This document shows, piece after piece, positions 1 through 11,843 of a stretch of DNA of 64,000 nt (position 1 is its first letter; the number at the start of each line of letters is the position of its first letter). The position numbers were made by a program, and so were the translations under genes. The notes beneath the pieces were generated by a model that saw only the letters and a program-made list of their open reading frames with translations, was not told the DNA's origin and searched no databases. Origin of the DNA: Octopus sinensis (lineage: Eukaryota); the NCBI RefSeq assembly GCF_006345805.1, contig NC_043021.1, positions 27,342,001-27,406,000 on the forward strand, written 5' to 3'.

Positions 1-224
1 ATAAATAAAGTTTTCGCGAATTCATGAATTTCTATATTTTATGTATTAAAATAAATATAAATATTCATGAGAATAGGAAATAAATTTTCTTTAACCTGCG
101 CCAAAGAAGCTCATTGTGGTCACTGCATATTGATTTCTACTTAGAAAATAAACGACACCAACACTAAATCGTATTTATTATTTGTTGGTAGAAATGTTTT
201 TATTTTGTGAATTCGCTATTACTC

Positions 225-390
225 TTTTATTTGTTTCAGTCATTTGAGTGCGGCCATGCTGGAGCACCGCCTTTAGTCGAGCAAATCGACCCCGGGACTT
301 ATTCTTTGTAAGCCTAGTACTTATTCTATCGGTCTCTCTTGCTGAACCGCTAAGTGACGGGGACGTAAACACACCAGCATCGGTTGGGAC

Positions 391-426
<36 letters not shown>

Positions 427-555
427 CGGGCTTCTTTCAGTTTCCGTCTACCAAATCCCCTCACAAGGCTTTGGTCGGCCCGAGGCTATAGTAGACGACA
501 CTTGCCCAAGAACCATATGGTTGGTAACCAAGCTACTTACCACGCAGCCATACTC
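225..555 (-). mobile_element. tRNA-derived SINE family A (CORE-like, internal CA/TA microsatellite), internally deleted head
   Basis: Recurrent block TTTCAGTCATTTGA(C/G)TGCGGCCATGCTGGAGCACCGCC...CTACCAAATCC.CTCACAAGGCTTTGGTCGGCCCGAGG, present >15 times in the window. The minus strand carries the tRNA-like head and a CCTTGGGCAAGTG CORE-like motif. Confidence 0.85.
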
Positions 556-757
556 TTCCAGTTGTTATATGTCATAACTTGTTGCTTGAACAAGTCTCTC
601 GACTGAGAATTGCAGCTGCTGGTCGTACTAGAGCTGACAGTTCACACTGTTCTGGAAGCTTGCCAGGCAGAGACTTTGCGTTTATTTTCAAAGTGGATCA
701 ATGCTTGGTTGTATATGGTGGAAGTAAACTCTGGGCTTGACAACTGAAAAAACTCTT
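555..757. repeat. Unclassified dispersed repeat (inverted homolog at 24838-25062)
   Basis: TTTATTTTCAAAGTGGATCAATG.TTGGTTGTATATG.TGGAAGTA.ACTCTGGGC is the reverse complement of ~24862-24917. Confidence 0.7.
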
Positions 758-990
758 ATTTCTTTATTGCCTACAAGGGGCTAAACATAGAGGGGAGAAA
801 CAAGGACAGACAAACGGATTAAGTCGATTATATCGACTCCAGTGCGTAACTGTTACTTATTTAATCGACCCCAAAAGGATGAAAGGTAAAGTCGACCTCG
901 GCGGAATTTGAACTCACAACGTAGCGGCAGACGAAATAGCGCTAAGCATTTCGCCCGGCGTGCTAACGATTCTGCCAGCTCATCGCCTCT
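757..990 (-). mobile_element. tRNA-derived SINE family B (Meta-domain-like)
   Basis: Minus strand reads GGCGATGAGCTGGCAGAATCGTTAGCACGCCGGGCG...GAGTTCAAATTCCGCCGAGGTCGACTTTACCTTTCATCCTTTTGGGGTCGATTAAAT. The B-box and GCCTTTCATCC..GGTCG.TAAA motif resemble the MetaSINE core. Confidence 0.8.
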
Positions 991-1502
991 AGCTAGCTAT
1001 ATGAGGTCAGCCGCTTCCCCTTACTGCAGTATGTCACCTGTCGTGCTGTCCGGATGTTTATACCAGAATTACTCAGACTTAAATGGTAAAGGCATCCACT
1101 GTTGCTCCTCGGGAGCACATTTTCCAAAATTGGCGCCGTTTAAACAATTTTCTTTTCATTTGTGCGATAAAAGTGGAATCTTTTTTGTTTTCCGCTAATC
1201 GCTTGGCCTTCGAAGAACCTTCTGCAGTCATAACTTAATTTGACCAGCCTCCCATGTTTTTGAACTATCTGCTCAATCTGCTGTGTTGTGTTGGTGGCTG
1301 TCGACACCAGAAGAAGCAGAACAAACGCTGACGTCATAAGCTTTCGACACTTGGTTCGATCACGTGGACGTTCATCTTTATCCGTCACACCTCGCCCAGT
1401 CGCTGCTCAGCCACAGACGTAAAAGGACGTTGGGGCTGGATCGCGAAATTCATGAATGCCGAACGCAATCACGTATGTTCCTTCCTTCCTTCCTTCCTTC
1501 CT

Positions 1503-1965
1503 GGTTTCAGTCATTTGTCTGCGGCCATGCTGGAGCACCGACTTAAGGGGTCTTATTCGAGCAAATCGAACCCCAGGACTTATTCTTTGTAAGCCTAGTA
1601 CTTATTCTATCGATTACTTTTGTCGAACTGCTCAGTTAAAGGGACGTAAACATACCAACATCGGTTGTCAGGTGATAGTGGAGGACAACACAGACACAAA
1701 GACACACACACACATAAATATATACATCCATACTTACACACACACGCACACACAAACACACGCACACGCACACGCACGCACACACACACGTATATATATA
1801 TATGCATGTGTATACGATGGACTTCTTTCAGTTTCCATCTTTCAAATCCACTCACAAAGCTTTGGTCGGCGTGAGGCCATAGTAGAAGACACTTGCTCAA
1901 GTTGTCACGCAGTGGGACTGAACCGGAATCATTCTGATTGGGAAGGAAGCTTCTTACCGCACGTA
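1503..1965 (-). mobile_element. SINE family A copy
   Basis: Same diagnostic blocks as 225-555, with an internal (CA)n tract. Confidence 0.85.
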
Positions 1966-2239
1966 ACTAATGAAATATTTCGCACAATATCAGAGGTTCA
2001 AATTGTTTGGTACGTACCACAGGACCCTTTTTTTTATGAGTTCACTCTCACTAACTTAGAACCTGGCTACTCTATTAACTGGACATTGCTACCTCGAACC
2101 CTCGAAGCCGCTTACCATATTTTTATGCGGTTTATATGACTGATATCACAACATTTCCTCTGAATTGGGAAGCAAGTTTGTCACAGATTTATTCATTTAA
2201 AGCTTAGGACTGGCGCAACGTGGAGAGATGTTTTGCCCC

Positions 2240-2244
2240 CCCTC

Positions 2245-2315
<71 letters not shown>

Positions 2316-2360
2316 GCGTGTGTGTGTATGAGCGCGTGTGTGTATAAATATATGTGCACA

Positions 2361-2426
<66 letters not shown>

Positions 2427-2497
2427 AATACATACATACATATATGTATGTATATATATACGTATGTATATATGTATATGTATGTATATATATACAC
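2240..2497. repeat. Compound microsatellite (CTGT/CT/TA/CA)
   Basis: Directly visible simple repeats. Confidence 0.95.
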
Positions 2498-2498
2498 G

Positions 2499-2773
2499 TG
2501 GAGGCACATGGCGGTCGAGGGATCGCGCGTTCGAATCTCAGACTGGGCGATGTGTGTGTTTATGAGCGAAACACCAAAGCCCCACGCGGCTCCGGCAGAA
2601 GGTAATGGCGAACTTCTGCTGACTCTTTCGCCACAACTTTCTCTCACTCTTTCCTCCTGCATCTAGCACCTTACCTGCGATGGACCGGCGTCCCGTCCAG
2701 GTGGGGAACCTATACGCCAAGGAAACCGGGAAACCGGCCCTTATGAGCCAGGCATGGCCCGAGAAGGAACAAA
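2499..2773 (+). mobile_element. tRNA-derived SINE family C
   Basis: Truncated tRNA head (GGAGGCACATGGC...GTTCGAATCTC) and a CCTGCGATGGACCGGCGTCCCGTCCAGG block resembling V-/CORE-type SINE bodies. Confidence 0.65.
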
Positions 2774-2847
2774 CACATATATTTACATATATATATATAT
2801 GCATATACGTAAATACGTACATACATACAAACAAACACACACACACA

Positions 2848-2905
<58 letters not shown>

Positions 2906-2934
2906 GTATGTATGTACGTATCCTTTATCTTTTG

Positions 2935-3212
2935 CATTTTACTCGTTTCAGTCTTCAGACTGCGGCCATGCTGGGGCATCTACATGAAGAATTTTAGTTG
3001 AGCGAATCGACCGCAGTACTTTTGTTTTTTAAGTCTGGTACTTATTCTATCGGTCTCTTTGGCCGAGCCGCTAAGTTATGGGCACGTAAACGCACCAGCA
3101 TCGGTTGTCAATCAATATTGGGGAGGGGGCAATCACAGATACAAACATATACACACACGTACAATATATATATATATTATATATATATTATATATATATA
3201 TATATATATATC

Positions 3213-3270
<58 letters not shown>

Positions 3271-3435
3271 CGACGGGCTTCTTTCAGTTTCCGTCTACCA
3301 AATCCACTCACAAGGCTTTGGTTGCCCCGAGGCTATAGTAGGAGACACTTGCCCAAGGTGCCATGCAGTGACACTGAACCCGGATCCATGTGGTTGGTAA
3401 GCAAGCTACTTACCACACAGCCACTCCTACGCCTA
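2935..3435 (-). mobile_element. SINE family A copy (near full length)
   Basis: Tail at ~2945, internal (TA)n, head AGGCGTAGGAGTGGCTGTGTGGTAAG on the minus strand at ~3434. Confidence 0.9.
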
Positions 3436-3454
3436 TAACCTCTCTCCCCCTCTC

Positions 3455-3513
<59 letters not shown>

Positions 3514-3544
3514 GAGAGAGAGATGGTCATAAATATAATTGCTT

Positions 3545-3710
3545 CAAATATTAGCACAAGACATGCAATTATGACCAGGGGTGTGCTAATCGACGCCATC
3601 GAACTCGATACATGGGTGGGATTATATTCCATACCCTCCGAAAGACTAAAAGACAGTCGACCTCGGTAGGTTTTGAACTCAAAATGTCTTGAACCCCCCC
3701 AAAAATACCG
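3545..3710 (-). mobile_element. Degenerate SINE family B copy
   Basis: AGTCGACCTCGG...TTTGAACTCA homology. Confidence 0.6.
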
Positions 3711-3798
3711 CATGTAAATCAATATGTGTGTGTGTGTGTGTGCGTGCGTGTATAATTCGAAGCAATTATAGATATGTTTATGTTATATACGCTTAAGC

Positions 3799-3874
<76 letters not shown>

Positions 3875-3875
3875 G

Positions 3876-3948
<73 letters not shown>

Positions 3949-3961
3949 ATCTATCTATCTG

Positions 3962-4014
<53 letters not shown>

Positions 4015-4015
4015 T
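3799..4015. repeat. (TATC)n microsatellite
   Basis: About 54 units, directly visible. Confidence 0.98.
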
Positions 4016-4423
4016 TGAGTTCGAGTGTATCAGATTGCATGCATGTATGTGTACATGGCTAGAGAGATAAAACTATATAAGGATATACATATCTAGCTTC
4101 TGAAGTTTGTAATATTAGAAAACATTCTGCACAAGTGAACATATATATGTACATTATATATATATGCTTATGTGTGTCTATTCACACAGATAGGCAATAG
4201 TTTTGCTATGTAATTTTTGTATGTAGCTGGTGGTAAACTATAAACTGTATATTCAGCCTAGATTTGAAGAGGTGTACATCGCCTACTTCACTATCCTCCT
4301 TGAATTCCAATTCTCGGAACAGTGAGCTCTCTTGGAGATGAGGCGAAATAGCGTAAGGAAATTGCAGAACTGGTCATTCAACCGGTCGTCAATCCTTTAA
4401 TTTTTCTCTCATTTTGATATATG

Positions 4424-4456
<33 letters not shown>

Positions 4457-4514
4457 AGAAAGAGAGAGAGAGAGATAAACAGATATCTATGTTTGTGTAT
4501 CTTAATGATATTGA

Positions 4515-4725
4515 CTTCAAATATTGGCACAAGGCCAGCAAGTTTGGGGGAGGGTGTTAGTCGATTACTTCGACCCCAGTGCATAACTGCTACTTATTTT
4601 ATATCGGTCTCGAAAAGATGATAGGCAAAGTCGAACTCGGCGGAATTTGAACTCAGAACCTAAAGATGGACGAAACGACACTAAGCATTTTCCCGTCGTG
4701 TTAACGATTCTGCCAGCTGCCGTCT
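4515..4725 (-). mobile_element. SINE family B copy
   Basis: GGCAAAGTCGAACTCGGCGGAATTTGAACTCAGAAC...CTAAGCATTT...ACGATTCTGCCAGCT. Confidence 0.8.
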
Positions 4726-4894
4726 TTAATCATATAAACGTATCATAATCATATAGAAGGTGCGTAAGGTATTTGAGGCGAATTTTTTTTTCTAATTTTA
4801 GAAAAACATGCACATAATAACAGAAAACAACTTTATAAACGGCGGTGCACCATCATGGCCGCAGCACTGAGCTGAAACTAGAGAGAAAAAAAGC

Positions 4895-6655
4895 AGTAAC
4901 AATTGATTACATCGACATCAGAGAAGGTAATACTGGCCATGAATGAGGTAGATGCAAACTCAGCTGCTGGCCCCTGACGGATTCCCAGTAATCCTTCTCA
5001 AATCATGCAAACGAGCCCTTGCAAAATCACTGCAGCTTCCTTTCCTAGAACTTCCTTGCAAGTGGTAAGCTGCCAGGCAAATTGAAGGAATATACCCTAT
5101 CCATAGAGGAGGAAGAAGACCGGTTGCTAAAATTTATACGCCTATCTATCTGACTTCACATACCAGCAAAGTCATGGAGGGAATAGTCAAATTCGGCAGA
5201 ATTTGAACTCAGAACGTAAAGATAGGCGAAATACCGCTAAGAATTTCGACCGGCGTGCTAACGTTTCTGTCAGCGCGAATATTACCGCATGAAGGAAATT
5301 AATTGCATCCGTTGGGGAGAATGACTTGCTGACTGACACCCAACACGGTTTCAACTGGGTTGAAGCTGACACAGCTCTTGCGGCACTGTGCCTTGGGGTT
5401 GAAGCAGCAGTTGAACAACTTTAATCTCGACTTTGCGAGACCCTTCGACAAAGTTGCAAAACTTGGAGAGTGGTCACATGACTTTCTAAAGCTAGAAATC
5501 CGAAAGTAACAAGGAAACGCAAATAATGAGTGGTGTTCCACCGGGCAATGTCTAGGGGTTACTGCTATTTATAGTGGCCCTCTCAGACCTGCCTTCAGCT
5601 GCTCAGATAGCCAACCTTGCTAGCTATGCAGATGATGCAAAAGTCTATAAGAGAATATAGAACCCTGGAAGTACTGCGCACCTGCAACAAGAGTTTGGCA
5701 TAATATACAGGTGGACTGAGGACAACTACATGCAGTTTAATGCATGAAATTTCCATGCCCTGCGCTACCAGCACACAAAGCTGAATGAAATGCAAATGTT
5801 ATACACAGGTTCAGGGTGTGTGTGTGTGGGGGGGGACTGTAATCATTGAATCAAAATCAGTGCGCGACCTGGGTATTGGGGTATTGACATGAGTAATGAT
5901 GCTTCTTTCCAGGTACATATTAATAATTTGGCACTAAAATACACAAGGCTGGCTGGTTGGATCCTTAGAACTTTTACAACGAGCTGAAAACCATGACGGT
6001 CCTTTAGAGGACATTTATCTTCAGCCATTTCGACTATTGTCCCCAACTATGGTCACCACACAGTGTAAAATTAACAACGGAACTCGAAGAGACTGAAAAA
6101 GTTAAGATTCTACTCCTTAGAGCGAAAGCGGGAAACATATGCAATGATATATATCTGGAAAACCCTGGAAGAACTTGTACCAAACTTTGGCATTGAAAGT
6201 GACATAAACAAAATTGGACGTTACTGCATAGTGCCAAAAATCTCAACATTGCCATCAAGATACAGGAACAGCTACAGCAACAGGGTGTAGAGCTGGCGAG
6301 CTGGCGAAATGCTTAGCGGTATTTCGTCTGCCAGTTACGCACTGGGGTCGATATAATCGACTTAATCCGTTTGTCTGTCCTTGTTTGTCCCCTCTGTGTT
6401 TAGCCCCTTGTGGGTAGTAAAGAAATAGGTATTTCGTCTGCTGCTACGTTCTGAATTCAAATTCCGCCGAGGTCGACTTTGCCTTTCATCCTTTCGGAAG
6501 TCGATAAATTAAGCATCAGTTACGAACTGGGGTCGATGTAATCGACTTAATCCGTTTGTCTGTCTTAGTTTGTCCCCTCTATGTTTAGCCCCTTGTGGGC
6601 GATAAAGAAATAAGATCTTCATAGGGTGTCTTGAAAACAAAGCTGGATCGCGTAT
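4895..6655 (+). pseudogene. Decayed CR1/Jockey-group LINE reverse transcriptase, interrupted by SINE-B insertions (5187-5277, 6290-6615)
   Basis: Frameshifted translation gives NSAAG-PDGFPVILLKSCKRALAK, PIHRGGR..YTPIYLTSHTSKVMEGIV, QHGF, DFARPFDKV, ASYADDAKVYKRI, RDLG and LKTKLDR, in the normal RT domain order. Confidence 0.85.
6290..6615 (+). mobile_element. Dimeric SINE family B with Tx1-like tails
   Basis: Two successive units, each ending TGTCCCCTCT.TGTTTAGCCCCTTGTGGG...TAAAGAAATA. Confidence 0.8.
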
Positions 6656-7057
6656 ATTTGTTTCTTTATTAACCACAGAGGGCTAAACATAGAGAGGACA
6701 ACGGGATTAAGTCGATTACATCGACCCCAGTGCATAACTGGTACTTATTTAATCGACCCAAAAGGATGAAAGGCAAAGTCGACCTCGGTGGAATTTGAAC
6801 TCAGAACGTAAGACAGACGAAATACCTATTTCTATTTCTTCATAGGGTGTCTTGAAAACAAAGCTGGATCGCGTATATTTGTTTCTTTATTGACCACAGA
6901 GGGCTAAACATAGAGAGGACAACGGGATTAAGTCGATTACATCGACCCCAGTGCATAACTGGTACTTATTTAATCGACCCAAAAGGATGAAAGGCAAAGT
7001 CGACCTCGGTGGAATTTGAACTCAGAACGTAAGACAGACGAAATACCTATTTCTATT
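6616..7057. repeat. 221 bp tandem duplication (LINE remnant + SINE-B)
   Basis: TCTTCATAGGGTGTCTTGAAAACAAAGC starts at 6616 and 6837. The copies are nearly identical. Confidence 0.9.
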
Positions 7058-7265
7058 TCTTTACTACCCACAGGGAGGACAAACAAGGACAGACAAACGG
7101 ATTAAGTTATTATATCGACCCCAGTGCGTAACTGGTACTTATTTAATCGACCCCGAAAAGATGAAAGGCAAAGTCGACCTCGGCGGTATTTGAACTCAGA
7201 ACGTAACGGCAGGCGAAATACTGCTAAGAATTTCGCCCGGCGTGCTAACGTCTCTGCCAGCTCGT
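7058..7265 (-). mobile_element. SINE family B copy (head unit of a minus-strand multimer)
   Basis: Head GAGCTGGCAGAGACGTTAGCACGCCGGGCG on the minus strand at ~7264. Confidence 0.8.
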
Positions 7266-7285
7266 ATATTACCGTATATAATTAT

Positions 7286-7685
7286 ATGTGGTAATACGAA
7301 AAAAAAAAGAAAAAGAAAAAGAGACGACAAAGGAATAAGCGATTACCTTATGAACTTGATTAACTTATAGCTGTTTCGGACTTTAAGATGCGATGAGCTC
7401 ATAGTTTGAGTGTCTGAATAACAACTTATAACTTCATCGGAACCTCGGATATGGATGGCAATTTATTTTAGAAAACAGTTACATTTACATATATATACAG
7501 GAAGCATTGTAATTGTCTTTGCAGATATATTGCACTTCATGTTCGAGGCTCCGATGAAGCGATAAGGTATTACACAGGCATTCAACATTGAGTCACCGTA
7601 TCATATTGCAGAAACAGCTGTCAGCTTATGAAGTTCATAAGATAATCGCTTGTTTCTTTGTCATCTCTTGTTTCATATTACCACT
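7286..7685. mobile_element. Imperfect ~400 bp foldback element with a hammerhead-like motif in each arm (PLE-LTR-like)
   Basis: GTGGTAATACGAA..GAGACGACAAAGGAATAAGCGATTACCTTATGAACTT is inverted at AAGTTCATAAGATAATCGCTTGTTTCTTTGTCATCTC..CATATTACCAC. Plus-arm motif: ggct-CCGATGA-a-gcgata..tattgc-a-GAAA-CAGCTG-TC-agct (7547-7626). Confidence 0.6.
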
Positions 7686-8640
7686 CTAGACCCGACTAGC
7701 GCTTCGTTCAGAAGCATGTGTGTATTGAGTTAAGCGAATTATTAATTATATGTGCATAGCTTGCGTTTCTAAATATCTATCTGTCTGTCTGTCTGTCCTC
7801 TTTCATCTCTCTATGAGTATTTCTCTTAACTCACTGAATCTTTATATCATAAGATTCAGAACTTATATATAGTGTTTTCAATAGTTGGTTGAAGTGATTG
7901 CTGCCAGCAATTAAGACCTAATTTCTGGACACAAGGATTTAGAAGTGTGATAATAATATTTAGAATTCTCCAGATGTCTCGAAGACATTTTCTCTGTTCC
8001 ATTAAGTTCACGGTTAAAATCATTGCAAAATGGTACTTTCTCAGTTTTTCTTCTTTTCTCCCTTTCTACTCCTTCCTCCCCTTTTCTCTCTCTTTCATCT
8101 ACTTCTTTCTCCTCTCCCCACTTTTACCCCTCCCCCCACTCTCACATCTACTTCTTTCTTCTCTCCCCACATTCACCCCTCCCTCCCTAATCTCCTTCTC
8201 CCTTTCTGCTCCTCTATCTTCCTATCTTTTAGCTACTGCTTACCTACACACATTTTGCGGTCCACAGTTGCAGAAATGATTCGATCTCATGATATATAAA
8301 GGGGCGTGACAGGACGTCGAAAGACACAAAGTTGTTAATTATAGCAGTCTGACGGAATGTGGTACGATATTTTCTTTGGTTTTCCGCGCTCCGAGTTCAA
8401 ATCCTACGTGTTCCACTTTATACCGCCACACTTTTTTCTTAAAAAAGCATAAAAAAGAAAACCCTTTCGGTGTTGGTATATAAAATGCCATTCAGTCAAG
8501 TGAAGTTTATTTGCAACATAATTGTTCAAATCACGCAATGACCAGCTTTGTCTTCCTTCATTACGTGGTGGTTCAATAACGAACACATAGGATCGAACCT
8601 ACCTGTCTGCCTGTCTCTGAGGCTCACTTTACAGTCACCT

Positions 8641-8755
8641 GGATTCGGGTTCAGCCTTACTGCCCAACACCTAGAGCAAGTATCTTTACTCTAGCCCCAG
8701 GTCGACCAATGCTCCGTAAGTCAATTTGGTAGACGGCAACTGTGCGGAAGCCTGT

Positions 8756-8788
<33 letters not shown>

Positions 8789-8871
8789 GCACACACACAC
8801 GCACGCACACACACACGCACACACACACACGCACACACACGCACACGCACACACGCACACACACGCACACA

Positions 8872-8909
<38 letters not shown>

Positions 8910-9040
8910 CTCCCCACTGTTTGACGACCGTTGCTGGTTTGTTTACGTCTCAATTCATACTCGTTCGACTAAAATTGGTCGACTATAACACTTCAAGCCG
9001 GTGCCTCGGCATGGCTGCTTTCCAGTGACTGTGACTAGTA
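8641..9040 (+). mobile_element. Diverged SINE family A copy
   Basis: GGGTTCAG...TTTGGTAGACGGCAACTG..GAAGCCTGTC-(CA)n-...GCATGGCTGC..GACTG. Confidence 0.7.
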
Positions 9041-9129
9041 AGAGGTAATATATATATGATGATGATGATGATGATGGACTCTCCCGTCGAAGACGATGTA
9101 TGAGCGTTTCGCTTTTTGCCGAACGACTA

Positions 9130-9365
9130 GCACAAATGTTTTGTTTATAGTAATCAAACGTTCGTGCCACCCATTAGCTCACTCTTTCCATCAAATCGAT
9201 GTTGTCTGAAAAGGTGACACTGTGTGCCACGCGTCAGGTGTCGAAGTCATCGCAGAGCAACTTGAGATGAAGTATTTTGCTCAAGAGCACCGTCCGATCT
9301 AGGAACTGAAATCATGATATCGCGATCGTCAGTGCAACATCCTAACCCCTAAGCCATGTGCCCCC
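9130..9365 (-). mobile_element. CORE-type SINE family D copy
   Basis: TGAAGTATTTTGCTCAAGAGCAC...CGATCG...CTAACCCCTAAGCCATG, homologous to 54800-54916. Confidence 0.65.
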
Positions 9366-9709
9366 CATTATTTATAAATTGAGGTTACATATATTTCCTG
9401 GATAGCAGATCATCTGATGTAATAATTGCTCAACGAGGGGTCAGCTGCTCATCAGGCCGAAGATACCTTAATTATATGAAGGTTACTACACTGTCGTTAA
9501 GAAAGACCAAGTTAACACGCCAAAGATATATTTTGAGCTATAAAATTTTTTTTCAGCTGATCGATATGTGCAAAGCCTACAACCTTCGCCAATAAAATAT
9601 TGCTTCTGAACGTTGCTTTCCTATACCTCGAAGCTTACAATCTTCCTACACTCAGTTCCTTGGCTCTTATAATTACATATCAATGAAATAATGAAATATA
9701 TACTTTTAT

Positions 9710-9866
9710 TCATTTACTTGTTTCAGTCATATTGGGGAACCACTCTGAAAGATTTTTAGTCGAAGAAATCGATCCTAAGACTTCTTTTGCCTAGTACTTA
9801 TTCTATCAGTCTCTTATGCCGATACTTGCCCAGGGACTGAAACCGGATCCACGTGGTTGGGAAGCA
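9710..9866 (-). mobile_element. Internally deleted SINE family A copy
   Basis: Tail and head blocks joined with the middle missing. Confidence 0.65.
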
Positions 9867-10354
9867 AAAGAATCATACAATTAATACAGGCATGATAGGA
9901 AAAAAAAACAAACATTTAGTGAACATGAATAGCGTCTTACCTCCGCCAAGAATTTTGTGATCTTTCTGTATCTTAGAAGTATTTTGACTTCTATTTTTAG
10001 CATTGCAGGTGCTTATGTAGTACCCTATTATATATAGATATATTTATATATCTTATATTTAATTTATTAATTTGCCTATACTGCTCGCGGCATTCTAATA
10101 TTTATAATTTGTTTGTATCAATAGAGTTCGACCACTCAAATGAATTTACAGACATGCTAGTGGGTGAATTCCAGTAGCTATCACTGGCAGGTTTGACTGA
10201 GGAGATTCAAGCGCATTTGGCGCTAAATTTGAAATCACGACATCAAATTAACCAGCATTCCTTTGCATACTTGGCAGAGGGAAAACGCTTTTGTTGTTCA
10301 CTAAAATACGATATATATAAGATATATAAATATATTTATATATCTTATCACTTT

Positions 10355-10747
10355 TACTCTTTTATTTGTTTCAATCATTTGACTGTGGCCATGCTGGAGC
10401 ACTGCCTTTTAGTTGAGCAATTCGACCCCAGGACTTATTTTTCGTAAGCCTAGTACTTATTCTATCGGTCTCTTTTGCCGAACCGCTACGTTACGGGGAT
10501 GTAAACACAGCAGCATCGGCTGTCAAGCGATGTTGGGGGGACGAACACAGATACACAAACATACACGCACATACATATATTATCTATACATATGTATACG
10601 ACGGGCTTCTTTCAGTTTCCGTCTACCAAATCCACTCACAAGGCTTTGGTCGGCCCGAGGCTATAGCAGAAAATACACGCAATGGGACTGAACCCGGAAT
10701 CATGTGGTTGGTAAGCAAGCTACTTACCACACAGCCACTCCTGCGCC

Positions 10748-10748
<1 letters not shown>
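10355..10748 (-). mobile_element. SINE family A copy
   Basis: Diagnostic blocks present. Head AGGCGCAGGAGTGGCTGTGTGG on the minus strand. Confidence 0.9.
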
Positions 10749-10779
<31 letters not shown>

Positions 10780-11201
10780 TATATATATATATATATGTGT
10801 AAATTAACTCTACTTTTTAATTCATCTATGTTACATAAAACATTTAACTAAACCCTGGAACTTCTACCTTTATAAGTAGGCTGTAACATTCTTGGCACTT
10901 ACGTGAATTTTTGCTACTCTGGTAACTAATAATTTTTTCCGTGTTATTTGTACACAATGAAGAAAAAATACACATACATTTATATATATTTATAAATAAT
11001 GAGGGTGATAAATTGAATAATTTTAAATAATTATGTTCTCTAACCGGCAACATTAACTGCAGTGAAATATCTTCTGCAGAACTGTTTCCGGGATTTAGCG
11101 CGCCAGAACTGAGGCATTTGAATCGGTAGAACTGTACACACGTCTAATTTTATGAGGACAACTCGTATATAGTTCTACATATTATACTGAATTAGAACGA
11201 T

Positions 11202-11265
11202 CGTGCTGAAGAGTCCACGGACGGTGTTACGTAAGTAAAGTCGTTAATGATGAAACCGGTCTACG
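11202..11265 (+). ncRNA. Type I hammerhead ribozyme motif (minimal stem III)
   Basis: cgtg-CTGAAGA-gtc..(loop)..gat-GAAA-CCG-GTC-tacg. Stem I is cgtg/tacg, stem II is gtc/gat, stem III is the palindrome ACCGGT, with a GUC cleavage triplet. Confidence 0.6.
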
Positions 11266-11299
11266 TTTAATTTTTTATTTTGTATATTTTCTTCTGTCT

Positions 11300-11670
11300 T
11301 TCCCGCTTATGTACACTGCAACATAATTTCTTTTCCTCAACAGGCCCTTCCCTATTTAACATTGTCCCGAGGGAGATCAAAGAGGAAAAGGATCCCATCA
11401 ACTTTAAACAGAGTCTGGATAGATTCCTTCAAAGAATACCAGATAAGCCACCCATAATTGGATACAACTCACCCACCAAGAACTCACTACTTGAACAAAA
11501 CTGGATACAACTCACCCAACAAGAACTCACTACTTGAACAAAACTTGACTTAAACAAAACTTGACTTAAACAGGATTTAGATAATCCTATCAGGTGGTGC
11601 TATTAAGTTAGACATGGCCTGGACCAATCTTTGGTCGAAACATACCTAAGTTTATCTAAGTCTAAGTTTA
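11300..11670 (+). mobile_element. 3' end of a CR1-like LINE
   Basis: HNFFSSTGPSLFNIVPREIK...FKQSLDRFLQRIPDKP..GY...NSLL is typical of the ORF2 C-terminus. Ends in short (TCTAAG)-like repeats, with a local 43 bp duplication at ~11460-11545. Confidence 0.75.
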
Positions 11671-11786
11671 TGTTCTGGTGTTTGCTGAATTTTTCTAGAG
11701 AACATTCCTTTCTTTGTGGTTTGATCGTAGGTGATCTACTTCTAGCATATTGGATGTCCACTTAGTAGTCATCCCTTTATATACGC

Positions 11787-11839
<53 letters not shown>

Positions 11840-11843
<4 letters not shown>

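Noticed and set aside
1140-1388. 82 aa minus-strand ORF as a host exon or LINE ORF1
   Set aside because: No recognisable motif, stops in the continuation, and no supporting splice context.
178-4070. Numerous ORFs with HT/YI/CV/YLSI runs
   Set aside because: SINE bodies and microsatellites with no protein motifs. The same applies at 8.7, 27.5, 48, 55 and 57 kb.
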